Of a stretch of 64,000 nucleotides of DNA, positions 7,601 through 16,656 are shown one piece after another. The position numbers and the translations under genes are program-made. Source of the DNA: a virus. Every line of letters starts with the position of its first letter. The stretch's first letter is position 1. The stretch covers positions 1-64,000 of IMG/VR virus record IMGVR_UViG_3300017605_001304; one strand, 5' to 3'. Under the pieces are notes generated by a model. That model made no database searches. It was given only the letters and a program-made list of their open reading frames with translations, and was not told where the DNA came from.

Positions 7601-7879
7601 CTAAATGGAATCCTCGATCTCGATCGAACGCAGCGAGCGGGCAGGCCCGAGTCCGAGGCTCTCGCGAACACGAAGGGAGCTGATCTTCTCCCGTTCGCCG
7701 TCGAACTCTTCGAGCCAGCCGCGCTCGCGGCCGTATTGGTCCCGCTCCAGGACGAGCCACGACTGGCGCTCGCTCCGCTTGCCGGTGCTGCGCGAGATGC
7801 TCTGGACGAAGATCGACTTGCAGCCGACCTCTTCCCACCGAGGCCGGAAGTGGATCGCGCGTAGGAGTTTCCTCAGCAT
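7601..7879 (-). CDS. Hypothetical protein
   Basis: MLRKLLRAIHF..., overlapping the phosphoesterase stop. Confidence 0.5.
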   Translation of the reverse strand: MLRKLLRAIHFRPRWEEVGCKSIFVQSISRSTGKRSERQSWLVLERDQYGRERGWLEEFDGEREKISSLRVRESLGLGPARSLRSIEIEDSI

Positions 7880-8436
7880 GGTTCCGCCTTCAGCGCCGCG
7901 CGGCGCTCCTTGAGCAGGTCCCGTAGGAGCTGGGGTCGCCACTCCTGGCACTGCTCGGCTGATACGCAGATGAACCGCCGATCCTCCAGCGCATGCGTGT
8001 GCATGTGCCCGTGCACGTTCAGCTCGAAGCGGTGAAACTGATTCGGGTTGACCGGGATGTGCGTCAGCAGGCAACCGTCGAACTCGAAGCAGGCGCGGAC
8101 CTTCGAGAACAGCTTGTCGTAGGTCGCGACGGGCCGCTGGTCGTGGTTGCCGAGCGCGAGCTTCTTCGTGCCCTTCAGCTCCGCGACGCGGTCCACCTGG
8201 AACACGTCGCCCAGCACGTAGACCACGTCACGCTTCGTCACGGTCGCGTTCCAGGCTGCGACCAGGGCGTCGTCGTGCTCCTGCGTCGACGCGAAGCCGC
8301 GCACCCCGGCCACCTTGACGTGTCCGAAGTGCAGGTCTGCGATCACGAAGACGCGTCCACCGGACTCGGCCAACGGAATCCCTTTCAGTTGGGGCCTGCT
8401 GCATCCACGCCGGGCCCCGGCGACGCTCGCACCCAT
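7873..8436 (-). CDS. Calcineurin-like metallophosphoesterase (likely start TTG 8373)
   Basis: ADLHFGH, LGDV, GNHD, THIP, HGHMH motifs. Confidence 0.9.
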   Translation of the reverse strand: MGASVAGARRGCSRPQLKGIPLAESGGRVFVIADLHFGHVKVAGVRGFASTQEHDDALVAAWNATVTKRDVVYVLGDVFQVDRVAELKGTKKLALGNHDQRPVATYDKLFSKVRACFEFDGCLLTHIPVNPNQFHRFELNVHGHMHTHALEDRRFICVSAEQCQEWRPQLLRDLLKERRAALKAEPC

Positions 8437-8536
8437 GTCCTAGGTACACGGTCAGTTCCGGGCGGTGCCCGTTACGCAGTCGGCCCGTCCCGCTGCAGCT
8501 TCAGGAGGCGTAGCTCAGGTGGCATCGGCTTGGAAT

Positions 8537-8578
8537 GAAACAGGGGCCGATACCCATGTGCTGGATACCGGCCCCCTG
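8537..8578 (-). terminator. Rho-independent terminator
   Basis: GGGGCCGGTATC...GGTATCGGCCCC stem followed by TGTTTC on the minus strand. Confidence 0.55.
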
Positions 8579-8610
8579 GAGTCACGTAGGCTCCGTGGTG
8601 TCGCCTTCGA

Positions 8611-9030
8611 TCAGTCGGCGACCGCGCGCTTCGTGGAGAGGTCCTCCTGGAAGCGCACCTCGTAGCAGCCCGTCGGCAGGTCGATGTGCGCGTGCTCCGG
8701 GTGCGTCAGCGTCGCCGACTTCCCGAGCACCTCGAACACCGGGCCCGTCAGCGAGTCGCCGTTGTCCCGCGCCCACACCTTGACCTGACCCGCCAGCACG
8801 TGGCGGGAGCCCTGGGTGTTGCCGGGCGCGAGCTGGCGCTCCTGCGTCTCCTTGAGGCCGCTCGGGATCGCCTTGATCCGGACGGCGTAGACGTCGCCCT
8901 GGCGCACGAACTGCCCCGCCTCGATCTTGCGGACCACACGCGTGGTCTGCTTCGCCTTCGCGGCGATCTTCTCGATCCCCGCGACCGCAGCCGCCGCATC
9001 GGCGGGCTGCGCCTTGGTCTTCGTCGCCAT
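8611..9030 (-). CDS. Small His-rich protein usually encoded next to DUF6745 genes
   Basis: RQGDV...GSRH...THPEH...LPTGCYEVRFQ...RAVAD pattern. Confidence 0.7.
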   Translation of the reverse strand: MATKTKAQPADAAAAVAGIEKIAAKAKQTTRVVRKIEAGQFVRQGDVYAVRIKAIPSGLKETQERQLAPGNTQGSRHVLAGQVKVWARDNGDSLTGPVFEVLGKSATLTHPEHAHIDLPTGCYEVRFQEDLSTKRAVAD

Positions 9031-9138
9031 GTGTCCTCCCACGGAATGTCCACTTTCTGAAGGAGGCCGAGACACCTCGGCCTCCGGACTCGATACAGCC
9101 TACCAGTCGTGTTCGTTCAGTGCAAGTCCCGACTTGCG

Positions 9139-10302
9139 TCAGGACTGCGCGACCATGTCCTTCTCCTTCAGGCGGGAGATCGCCTCGTGCGCCTGCGCGC
9201 ACGTCTTCACGTCGTTCGGCGCGAGCATGTAGTACACGCGCGACGTCGAGCTGTCGGAGCCGACCAACCAGCGCTGGTTCTCGTCGTCCTCCAGGAGGAC
9301 CCGGCTGCAGCCGCCGAGGAGCGGGTCGTCCACGTGAGCGGCCGACTCGTCCCAGTCGATGAGCTTCGCCTTGATCTCCAGGAGGTAGCGGCCCTCGCCG
9401 AACTTCTCGCGGGCGATGCGGCGGACCTCCGCGTTGGTCTGGCCCTTGATGTACTCGACCGTGATCTTCTCGGGGTTGTCGATGATCAGGCGCGGGATCG
9501 CGACACCGTTCCACTGGTAGAGCTTGAAGCCGTCCCGGAACTCCACGGCCGGGTGGTCGTGGTCGTTCAGGCGCTTCTGCTCGTCCATCTCGAACCGGAG
9601 GGGCCGGTCGCAGACGATCACGAAGTCCTCGCCCATCATGCGCGGGCCGCTGTGGATGGCCGCCTTCTCGTAGGGGGCCCACTCGTCGTACAGCTTGCCC
9701 AGGTCGAAGGCGCAGACGTCCCGGAAGAACGAGAGGCAGGCCGGGTAGCCCGACCAGAGGTTCCCGCCGTTCCAGATGTCGTAGTAGCCCTTGATCGCCT
9801 GGGAGAGCTCCTTGACGAGCGCCTTGTCCTCCTTGCCCTCCGGACCCTTCACGGTCGTCGCGAGCGCAGCGAAGATCGCTTCGAGCGTCTCCGTACGGAA
9901 CGTCTTGAAGTTGACGCGGTAGGGGTAGGTGTCGTCGTCCTTCTGGGAGAGCAGCTTCTCGACCGCCTCCACGGCGCCGAGGATGCTCGCCCGCAGGTCC
10001 GGATCGATCTCCTGCGTCGTGCCCGGCTTGATCTTGCGCTTCTTCATCTGCTCCCACGCCTTGGCGGCGATCGCGCCGGCCACGGCCAGCACGAGGTGCG
10101 AGCGGACGAACACGATGGCCTTCGGCGGAGCCGCCGGCACGTTCGCGTACATCACGTTGATCGCGTCGGCTGTCTTCTCCCGGTCCTCGGCGCTCATCGT
10201 CTCGCACGACATCGTGATCTTCTGCCACTTGAGAGCATGAGGCCGGATCTGGGCCTTGTGCTCCTCGGTGAGCTCGTACTTCTTCTGGTCCTTCGTTGCC
10301 AT
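9139..10302 (-). CDS. DUF6745-like domain protein
   Basis: IVCDRP...DEQKRLN...PAVEFRDG...WNGVAIP...NAEVRR...G..RYL...DSSTSRVYY..P pattern. Confidence 0.7.
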   Translation of the reverse strand: MATKDQKKYELTEEHKAQIRPHALKWQKITMSCETMSAEDREKTADAINVMYANVPAAPPKAIVFVRSHLVLAVAGAIAAKAWEQMKKRKIKPGTTQEIDPDLRASILGAVEAVEKLLSQKDDDTYPYRVNFKTFRTETLEAIFAALATTVKGPEGKEDKALVKELSQAIKGYYDIWNGGNLWSGYPACLSFFRDVCAFDLGKLYDEWAPYEKAAIHSGPRMMGEDFVIVCDRPLRFEMDEQKRLNDHDHPAVEFRDGFKLYQWNGVAIPRLIIDNPEKITVEYIKGQTNAEVRRIAREKFGEGRYLLEIKAKLIDWDESAAHVDDPLLGGCSRVLLEDDENQRWLVGSDSSTSRVYYMLAPNDVKTCAQAHEAISRLKEKDMVAQS

Positions 10303-10351
10303 GGTCTCTCGTGTCCTCCGATGGTTAGCGGGTTAGCACTGAACTCCGTAC

Positions 10352-11233
10352 TCAAGACGCCGCGGCGTCGTGGTCTTCCTTCTCCGAACCGGCCACGCTC
10401 AAGTCAGGCATGACGTCAAGGTTCTGGAACGCCGTCGTAGCGTCCTTGCCGGACGGGTCAACGACCGGCTTGAACTTCAAGCTGAGGCCGTCCCGGAACT
10501 CGACGTAGCCCGCCGCGGGTGAGAACAGGAGCGGACGGTCGCAGACGATGGCGAAGTCCTCGCCCATCATGCGCGGTCCCGAGATGAGCGCGAGCTTCTC
10601 GTAAGGCTCCCACTCCGCGTAGAGCTTCCGCATGTGTTCGTCATCGAACTTGCAGACGTCTCGGAAGAACGAGAGGGTCGCAGGGTAACCCGACCAGAGG
10701 TTCCCGCCGTTCCAGATGTCGTAGTAGCCCTTGGGGGCAGCGCGCAGTTCCACCTGGATGGCCTTGTCCACCTCGCCGACTTTGCCTTCCAGGCTCGTGG
10801 CGAGCGCGCCGAAGACCGCGGCGCGCGTCTCCTGCTCGAAGGTCTCCCGCTGCACGCTGTACGTCTCGGGGCGAGCACGCGCCTCCACGCCCTTGCCGAA
10901 GAGCGAAATCACCGACTCGATGGTGGCCCGAAGATCCGCGTCGATCTCTCGCCTCTCGCCCATCTTGAGGTCCGGCGCCGGGGCGTGCTCCCACGCCTTG
11001 GCGGCGATGGATCCGGCGACGGCGAGTACGAGGTGCGAACGAACGAACACCATGGCCTTGGGCGGCGCCGCCTGCGCGTTGACGTACATGGCGGCGAGCA
11101 GCGGCTTCGCCTGCGCCCGATCCTCGTCACTCATCGGCTCGCACGACTCCGCGTTCCGTCGCCACTTCCCGGCGTGAACCGGGATCTGCGCCTTGTGCTC
11201 TTCCGTGAGCTGATACGTCGGCTTCTCGCTCAT
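10352..11233 (-). CDS. C-terminally truncated paralog of 9139-10302
   Basis: Shares FVRSHLVLAVAG, KGYYDIWNGGNLWSGYPA and GPRMMGEDF; ends shortly after VEFRDG. Confidence 0.8.
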   Translation of the reverse strand: MSEKPTYQLTEEHKAQIPVHAGKWRRNAESCEPMSDEDRAQAKPLLAAMYVNAQAAPPKAMVFVRSHLVLAVAGSIAAKAWEHAPAPDLKMGERREIDADLRATIESVISLFGKGVEARARPETYSVQRETFEQETRAAVFGALATSLEGKVGEVDKAIQVELRAAPKGYYDIWNGGNLWSGYPATLSFFRDVCKFDDEHMRKLYAEWEPYEKLALISGPRMMGEDFAIVCDRPLLFSPAAGYVEFRDGLSLKFKPVVDPSGKDATTAFQNLDVMPDLSVAGSEKEDHDAAAS

Positions 11234-11255
11234 GGGCTCCTCCTCTTCCTTTGCG

Positions 11256-11474
11256 TTAGAAGGTTCGATCCACCGGCCAGTTGACCGCGCGACGCAACGC
11301 ACGGATCACGAAGGCCGTCAAGGTTCGGTTCTTCTCCAGCTTCGCGTGCTCCGCTGCTTTCTCGATCGCTTCCCGAAGGTCCGGAGGGATACGCACCACG
11401 AGATGCCGGTTCCCGTACACGCGCCTACCGTCTCTGTCGACTCGCGGCTCGACGTCTCCGCTCGGAGCGGCCAT
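11256..11474 (-). CDS. Ribbon-helix-helix (Arc/HicB-like) DNA-binding protein
   Basis: HLVVRIPPDLREAIEKAA...RTLTAFVIRAL. Confidence 0.7.
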   Translation of the reverse strand: MAAPSGDVEPRVDRDGRRVYGNRHLVVRIPPDLREAIEKAAEHAKLEKNRTLTAFVIRALRRAVNWPVDRTF

Positions 11475-11495
11475 AGCGATCCCTCTCGTTCCCCG

Positions 11496-11523
11496 AGCGT
11501 ACCGTAATCCACATAGGCGTCAA
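11496..11523 (-). promoter_or_regulatory. sigma70-like promoter TTGACG-N16-TACGCT
   Basis: Immediately upstream of the RHH gene; spacer contains a GTAATCCA operator-like core. Confidence 0.5.
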
Positions 11524-11524
11524 G

Positions 11525-12346
11525 CTACTCGATCGTGATCTTGCGCCGCTTGACCCAGCCGTTCGTCACCGCCTCCTGGATCAGCTTCGGGAGCTGGGTC
11601 AGGCTCCGGCAAACGATCTCTCCGAAGAACTTCCCACCCGGGACTGCGATCTCCCAGTCTCCCTCCGGGTCGGCCACTCCGTTCTGGATGAGGGCCGGCT
11701 TCGTGGCCACCGCCGCCCGGACCGTGAAGCCGACCGTGGCGCGAGGCGGCTCCGTGGGCACGGAGACAGCGGCGATGCTGGGTGGAGCTGGACGAGCCGG
11801 CAGGCGCAGCACCGCCACCCGAGACGGCCGCTTGCGCTTCGGGTCGATGTAGTGCAGCACCGCCTCATCGCTCGGCGTCGCCTTGAGCTCCGCGTAGAGC
11901 CCACGGACGAAGGACGTGCCCGGCTCCTCGGTCGAGTACAACGCGTTCGCGACGCGCGTCAGCAGGAAGTCGATCGCCGTCGGCGTTGTCTCGAACTTCG
12001 TGATGATGTCCAGCGCGGCTGCGGTGCGCTCTGTCTCGTCCGGCTCGCACAGCAAGAGCAGACAAGAGAGTTGCGCCGAGATCGGCATGCGCCGGTGCGC
12101 GAGCGGCGTGTCGTACGCCATCGAGAGCTGCTTGCCGCAACTCCGGCAGCGCCATCGGTTGACCTCGTCGAGACCACCCGTCGTGGTCTCGCGCATCGTC
12201 ATCTGGTAGGGCCCCGTCGTGTTGCTTGACGCGACGGACTTGCACTCGAAGCAGCGCTTGGGATTCCCGAGACGCACCAGCAGAAGCAGATCGTGCGCGG
12301 CCTGCTCATCGCTCAGTGCAGGATGCACCGCAAAGTCGATCACCAT
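11525..12346 (-). CDS. Zn-ribbon protein resembling the IS1595 transposase N-terminus, no DDE domain evident
   Basis: CFEC...WRCRSCGKQLS...TPLAHRRMP. Confidence 0.55.
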   Translation of the reverse strand: MVIDFAVHPALSDEQAAHDLLLLVRLGNPKRCFECKSVASSNTTGPYQMTMRETTTGGLDEVNRWRCRSCGKQLSMAYDTPLAHRRMPISAQLSCLLLLCEPDETERTAAALDIITKFETTPTAIDFLLTRVANALYSTEEPGTSFVRGLYAELKATPSDEAVLHYIDPKRKRPSRVAVLRLPARPAPPSIAAVSVPTEPPRATVGFTVRAAVATKPALIQNGVADPEGDWEIAVPGGKFFGEIVCRSLTQLPKLIQEAVTNGWVKRRKITIE

Positions 12347-12364
12347 GAGATCCTCCGTGCCATG

Positions 12365-12404
12365 AAACTGGCGGGGGCCTCCGGCGTGAACCGGAAGCCC
12401 CCGC
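12365..12404 (-). terminator. Rho-independent terminator
   Basis: GCGGGGGCTTCCGG-loop-CCGGAGGCCCCCGC then CAGTTTC. Confidence 0.6.
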
Positions 12405-12410
12405 TGAAGG

Positions 12411-12839
12411 TCACTTCTTCAGCGCGTAGAGCCCGCGCGAGACCTTCTCGACGTCCTTCATCTCGGTCAGCCGCTGACCGACGATCACCGCGAAGCTCTT
12501 CGACTTCGTCTCGTAGCCTGCGGTCAGCACCGCGGCCGCGAGGTCCGCGAGCTTCATCGGCTCCTTCGCGTCCTTCAGCACGTCGCGGATCTTGTTGTGC
12601 AGCGCACCCGTCCCTGCACTCTTCGCCGTGGTCGTGGTGCTCGTGGTCTTGGTCTTGCGACCCGTCGCACGACGGATGATCCGCTGGCCACCATCCGCAC
12701 CGAGCTCCTGATTGAGCTTTTCCAGCGAAGTCTGCAGCGCGTCGCGCCGCTTCACGAGGACCTCGATCTTGCGCTTGCGCGCAACGAGGTGACGCTCGAT
12801 CTGCGCGATCGGCATGCTCTCCAGAACCGAACTGTCCAC
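12411..12839 (-). CDS. Coiled-coil + basic linker + winged-helix DNA-binding protein (nucleoid-associated-like)
   Basis: N-terminal coil, K/T-rich linker, C-terminal wHTH-like IRDVL..PMKLADLAAAV..GY.T.S..F......L......RGLY. Confidence 0.7.
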   Translation of the reverse strand: MDSSVLESMPIAQIERHLVARKRKIEVLVKRRDALQTSLEKLNQELGADGGQRIIRRATGRKTKTTSTTTTAKSAGTGALHNKIRDVLKDAKEPMKLADLAAAVLTAGYETKSKSFAVIVGQRLTEMKDVEKVSRGLYALKK

Positions 12840-12886
12840 TTGGCTTACCCTCCTGAATCAGAACAGCACCCAACGACCATCGCCGG

Positions 12887-12915
12887 ATGCTGCATATCCT
12901 CACACCGTTTGTCAA
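12887..12915 (-). promoter_or_regulatory. sigma70-like promoter TTGACA-N17-CAGCAT
   Basis: Consensus -35 and 17-bp spacer upstream of the 12839 start. Confidence 0.55.
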
Positions 12916-12934
12916 GACCTACACCGTTAGATGC

Positions 12935-15625
12935 TCACGAGACGATGATCGTACCGAGCTCCGCGGGCGGGTTGATCGACCGCGCCTCCGAGGCCGCGAA
13001 CGGATACAGGTAGCTCCAACAGAGCGTCCCTGCAGCCGCCCCGACGGCGTCCCCACGGAGCTGGTGGAACGTCGCCATACACGGCACCGGGAAGTGGAAG
13101 TTGTACGAGCCGGCGCTCTGCTCGCCCTGCTTGTTGCGGTCGTGGAAGTTCGCGCCTAGGCCGTCCCCGCCGTCATACGACCATCCGCAGACTCGCCATG
13201 CTTCCGGCGGCCAGGGCGGCGTCTTGCCGTTGTTGTTCCAGTCGACCTGCGGCAACGCGCAGAAGTGCGAGCTGATCGGGCAGGTCCCGTTGATCGGCGG
13301 GCCGCTGTTGAACTTCATGTCGACGTTCACCGCGAGGTACCACGCGAGCTCGCCCAGGTTCGTCACCGTGCGGAAGTTCGAGCTGCGCTTGCCGCAGCCG
13401 CCGTGGTAGCCAGCGTTCGGTGTCGTGTCGAAGACGGCGATCGGCAAGCTGTACGTCGAGAGCCAGAGCAGGCGGCGATCGAAGTTCGGCGAGAAGCCGA
13501 CGGTCTGGCTCGCCCAGTCGATCGTGTTCACGCGATCCGGGGCGTTGAAGCTCCAATCGATGAGGCGGTACGTCATCGAGTAGTCGACGAGCTGCGTGCC
13601 GTCCCAGAAGCACGCGTAGCCCGAGCGCTGGTGGTACTGCGGGTAGACGCGCGGGTCGAGATAGGCGTAGGCGTACTGCTGGCTATACCAGTCGAAGTTC
13701 CGCTCCGCGTTCAGCGCGACCGAGTCACCCTTCGAGCGGAAGTACCCCCAGATCTGGAACATGCTCCAGACGAAGTAGGCGTTCGCCCAGCCCGAGCTCT
13801 GCGTGCCGCACTGGAAGTCGTCGCGCGCGGCCGCGGTCTGATCGCCGTAGTACACGATCGCGCTGCCGGTGACGGTCGCCGTCAAGTGCAGCGGCTCGAC
13901 GCCCTCATCGCGAAACTGCCGGATGAGGTCCATCGTGTTCTTGACGGACTGGTAGGCGTAGTCACGGATCGTGTCGCCCGGCGTCGCGTTGCAGTAGGCG
14001 CCGGCCGAGTAGAAGTAGTTGTCCGGCAAGAGGAACGCCGCGTTCGAGGCGTCGCGCATCGGCCAGCCGCCGTAGCGGTCGCCGAAGAGGACGCACGGCG
14101 CGACGACGTTATGCAGGCCGTTGATCAGTCCGTGGCTGAACTGCCCGTCGTTGTACGCACCGGACAAGCTGCGGTAGGACGCGCGGATGCCCCAGAAGCA
14201 GAGCTCCTCCGCGAACCAGGACTCCGCCGTCAGCAGCCACATCACGTAACCGACCTGCGGCGAGTGCCCGAAGTCGATCCCCGTCGTCGTGTAGTTGTCG
14301 ACCTGCGCGTTGCTGTTCGTCCAGCCGTTGTTCGCCCAGACCTGATCGCGACAGCCGCCCGGGCCCACGATGGCGCCCGGAACGCCGGGAGCTCCAGTCA
14401 CAGGATCGCGAGCGTGGATCGTGAACTGGTTCTTGCCGCCGTAGGTGCCGGCTCCGTTGCACGAGGCGGCATACGAGATCTTCCAAGCATTGGCACGGTT
14501 CGCCGAGCCGGCCGAGTTGAGCGTGTAGATGTCCCAGGTCGTGAGCGGGCCGCGGTCGTCGGAGCCGCCAGAATGGGCCATGTCCGCGCGGAACGGGTCG
14601 ACGAGGTACGGCGTGCCGTTCGGGTTCGCCGTCAGGTCCTGCGGGACGCTGAAGGCTTGCTCGCCCGTCGTCGCGGTGCTGAAGCCCGCAAGGACCGACG
14701 ACGAGATCGGGTGCGTGTAGTCGTAGCGCGGCACGATCAGATTCGTCGCGAGGTACTGGTGGTCCTGAATCGTGTAGAGGAGCGGAGGCGGGCCGCCGTT
14801 GCCGTTGCCCGTGTTGTCCTTCGTCCAGCCGGTCACGCGGCAGCGCGTGTCCGTCATGATCTTGCAGTTGTTGCCCACCGTCGGGAAGCCCGTGTAGGCG
14901 TAGCGCGTGATCGTGTTCGAGAGCCCGACGAAGAGCTTGATGTGCGTGAAGGCCAGCGAGCCGTAGTGCGTCCCGAAGACCCACGCCTGACCGACCGAGC
15001 TCGGCGTCGGGCTGTTCTCGATCGACCATTCGATCGATGCGCCCGGCCAGCCGGACCAGATGCGCACGCGCAGGAGCGTCTTGATCCACGGATGCTGGAC
15101 GTTGCTCGGATCGAGCAGCGGGACGTACGCCTCGTACTCGCACATGAGCTTGCCGAAGGCATTGCGCTTGAAGCCGGGCGGCAAGCTGGCGCCGCTGTTC
15201 TGGTTCACGGCGTCCGCGAGCAGAGCGCCCGCCGTCGTCGTGTCGAGCGTCGCCTTGAAGGCGGTCCCGTCCGTGCGCAGGATCTCCAGGTAGTTCCACA
15301 GGTCCGCGGCCACCACATTGGCCGTGAAGGTCTGCGGGATCGTCGGCGAGCCCGCCGAAAGCGTCACCGGCGTCGTCGAGTTCGCGGTGATCTGCGGCGC
15401 CAGGAACGAGATGCGGGCGTGCTTCGCCGTGCCCGAAGGCCACGTCGACAGCACTTCCACCTGGGCGGGCTGCGCGACACCGCCCCAGCTTGGGACCACG
15501 CTCGGGCCGGCGATGTCGCCGTCCTTGAACACGGCGCCGAAGCTCACGGGCGTCGGCACGCTCGTGCTTCGCCCGGAATACTCGCCGACTTCCACCGCGG
15601 TCTCAGGCACGATTCCACAGGCCAC
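12935..15625 (-). CDS. Large protein with RIFT-barrel-like N-terminus (YetA/PcRGLX lyase-like); possible virion depolymerase
   Basis: PVSFGAVFKDGD...PAQVEVLSTWPSGTAKHA; aromatic-rich helical C-terminal region. Confidence 0.5.
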   Translation of the reverse strand: MACGIVPETAVEVGEYSGRSTSVPTPVSFGAVFKDGDIAGPSVVPSWGGVAQPAQVEVLSTWPSGTAKHARISFLAPQITANSTTPVTLSAGSPTIPQTFTANVVAADLWNYLEILRTDGTAFKATLDTTTAGALLADAVNQNSGASLPPGFKRNAFGKLMCEYEAYVPLLDPSNVQHPWIKTLLRVRIWSGWPGASIEWSIENSPTPSSVGQAWVFGTHYGSLAFTHIKLFVGLSNTITRYAYTGFPTVGNNCKIMTDTRCRVTGWTKDNTGNGNGGPPPLLYTIQDHQYLATNLIVPRYDYTHPISSSVLAGFSTATTGEQAFSVPQDLTANPNGTPYLVDPFRADMAHSGGSDDRGPLTTWDIYTLNSAGSANRANAWKISYAASCNGAGTYGGKNQFTIHARDPVTGAPGVPGAIVGPGGCRDQVWANNGWTNSNAQVDNYTTTGIDFGHSPQVGYVMWLLTAESWFAEELCFWGIRASYRSLSGAYNDGQFSHGLINGLHNVVAPCVLFGDRYGGWPMRDASNAAFLLPDNYFYSAGAYCNATPGDTIRDYAYQSVKNTMDLIRQFRDEGVEPLHLTATVTGSAIVYYGDQTAAARDDFQCGTQSSGWANAYFVWSMFQIWGYFRSKGDSVALNAERNFDWYSQQYAYAYLDPRVYPQYHQRSGYACFWDGTQLVDYSMTYRLIDWSFNAPDRVNTIDWASQTVGFSPNFDRRLLWLSTYSLPIAVFDTTPNAGYHGGCGKRSSNFRTVTNLGELAWYLAVNVDMKFNSGPPINGTCPISSHFCALPQVDWNNNGKTPPWPPEAWRVCGWSYDGGDGLGANFHDRNKQGEQSAGSYNFHFPVPCMATFHQLRGDAVGAAAGTLCWSYLYPFAASEARSINPPAELGTIIVS

Positions 15626-15670
15626 GGAAGACTCCTGCTTGGGCTCCGACCGGAGCGGTCAACAGACGGG

Positions 15671-15913
15671 TCAGGGTTTCGGCAAGACGCCGAGCTCTTC
15701 GAGCAGCCGCTCCTTCGTCTTCTGTCCATCGTCCAGCAGCACGTGCTGGCCGTTCATCTGCGCGACGCGCGAGACGATGCGCGTCGTCTTCACCACGAGG
15801 ATCGCTTCGCTGAACGCGGCGATCCAAGCGTGGCGTGCAACGTCATAGAGTTCGGGGCGGCCGCCGACCGCGGCCCAATATGCCTTGAAGCGCTCCTCGA
15901 CCGTGGGCGCCAT
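15671..15913 (-). CDS. Hypothetical protein
   Basis: GAGG RBS before ATG. Confidence 0.5.
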   Translation of the reverse strand: MAPTVEERFKAYWAAVGGRPELYDVARHAWIAAFSEAILVVKTTRIVSRVAQMNGQHVLLDDGQKTKERLLEELGVLPKP

Positions 15914-16020
15914 ATACGAGACCTCAAGAAAGGGCCCCGCGCCGGGCTGCAACCCACGAAGGGCCACGCGCTCGGAAGGGGATTCTTAACGCGTGCCGCC
16001 GTGACCCGGCGCGGAGCCTC

Positions 16021-16431
16021 TTAGATCAACTCGAAGGAGATCTCGCCTGAGTTGCGGTCGGAGACTACCCGAAGTCCAGTCCCGTCCGAAAAGCGGATAT
16101 CCACGGACGTGACGGACGACACCGGCGCGGGCGACAGCTTCTGCTCGAAGTCGGCGATGTCGTCGGTGTACGCCACGCTGGTGATCGTCAGCGCCGAGCC
16201 TTCGTAGTACGCGCGCACCGGGCCGAGCTCGCCGTCGTCGAAGTCGATCTCGCTCGGGGAGACGAAGCGCGTGACGGTCGAGCCGTCGTGCAGCGTGAAC
16301 GTCACGTTGTACGTGCGCACGGCCGGCACGCCGAACGTCTGCACGATCTGTCCCGCCGTGCCTTTGGGGACGACGACCAGTCCCGTCGAGACGTCGACGA
16401 CGTCGTGCGATGCAGTAACCCGGACCGCCAT
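16021..16431 (-). CDS. Hypothetical beta-rich (SH3-like) protein
   Basis: RBS; in operon. Confidence 0.6.
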   Translation of the reverse strand: MAVRVTASHDVVDVSTGLVVVPKGTAGQIVQTFGVPAVRTYNVTFTLHDGSTVTRFVSPSEIDFDDGELGPVRAYYEGSALTITSVAYTDDIADFEQKLSPAPVSSVTSVDIRFSDGTGLRVVSDRNSGEISFELI

Positions 16432-16440
16432 GGGTTCTCC

Positions 16441-16656
16441 TTACGCGAGAAGCGCCGCGAGCTGCAGGATCGTCACGCTGTTCCGCACGATCGCGTTCGC
16501 GAGGTCGTGGTCGTCCGCCATCTGGCGGAGCTTCGCACGCAGCGCGTCGATCTGGGCCTGCGGGAGCGTGCCGAGCTTGGCCGTGATCTGCTTCACCTGT
16601 TCCGGCGTGAGCGTCAGGTCCGGCAGGTTGCCGAGCCCGCTGACATCGATGGTCAC
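16441..16656 (-). CDS. Small hypothetical protein
   Basis: GTGA coupling. Confidence 0.55.
   Translation of the reverse strand: MTIDVSGLGNLPDLTLTPEQVKQITAKLGTLPQAQIDALRAKLRQMADDHDLANAIVRNSVTILQLAALLA

Noticed and set aside
8504-8590. tRNA-like start GGCGTAGCTCAGGTGG
   Set aside because: No T-arm (GTTCRA) or matching acceptor stem; the downstream hairpin is better explained as a minus-strand terminator
9750-10733. DGR template/variable repeat pair
   Set aside because: The shared stretch is identical rather than adenine-variable, lies within paralogous genes, and no reverse transcriptase is present
13265-16024. Long plus-strand ORFs (also 17309-19516, 34720-37383, 38742-40976, 59836-62733)
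   Set aside because: Antisense shadows of motif-bearing minus-strand genes, expected in high-GC DNA
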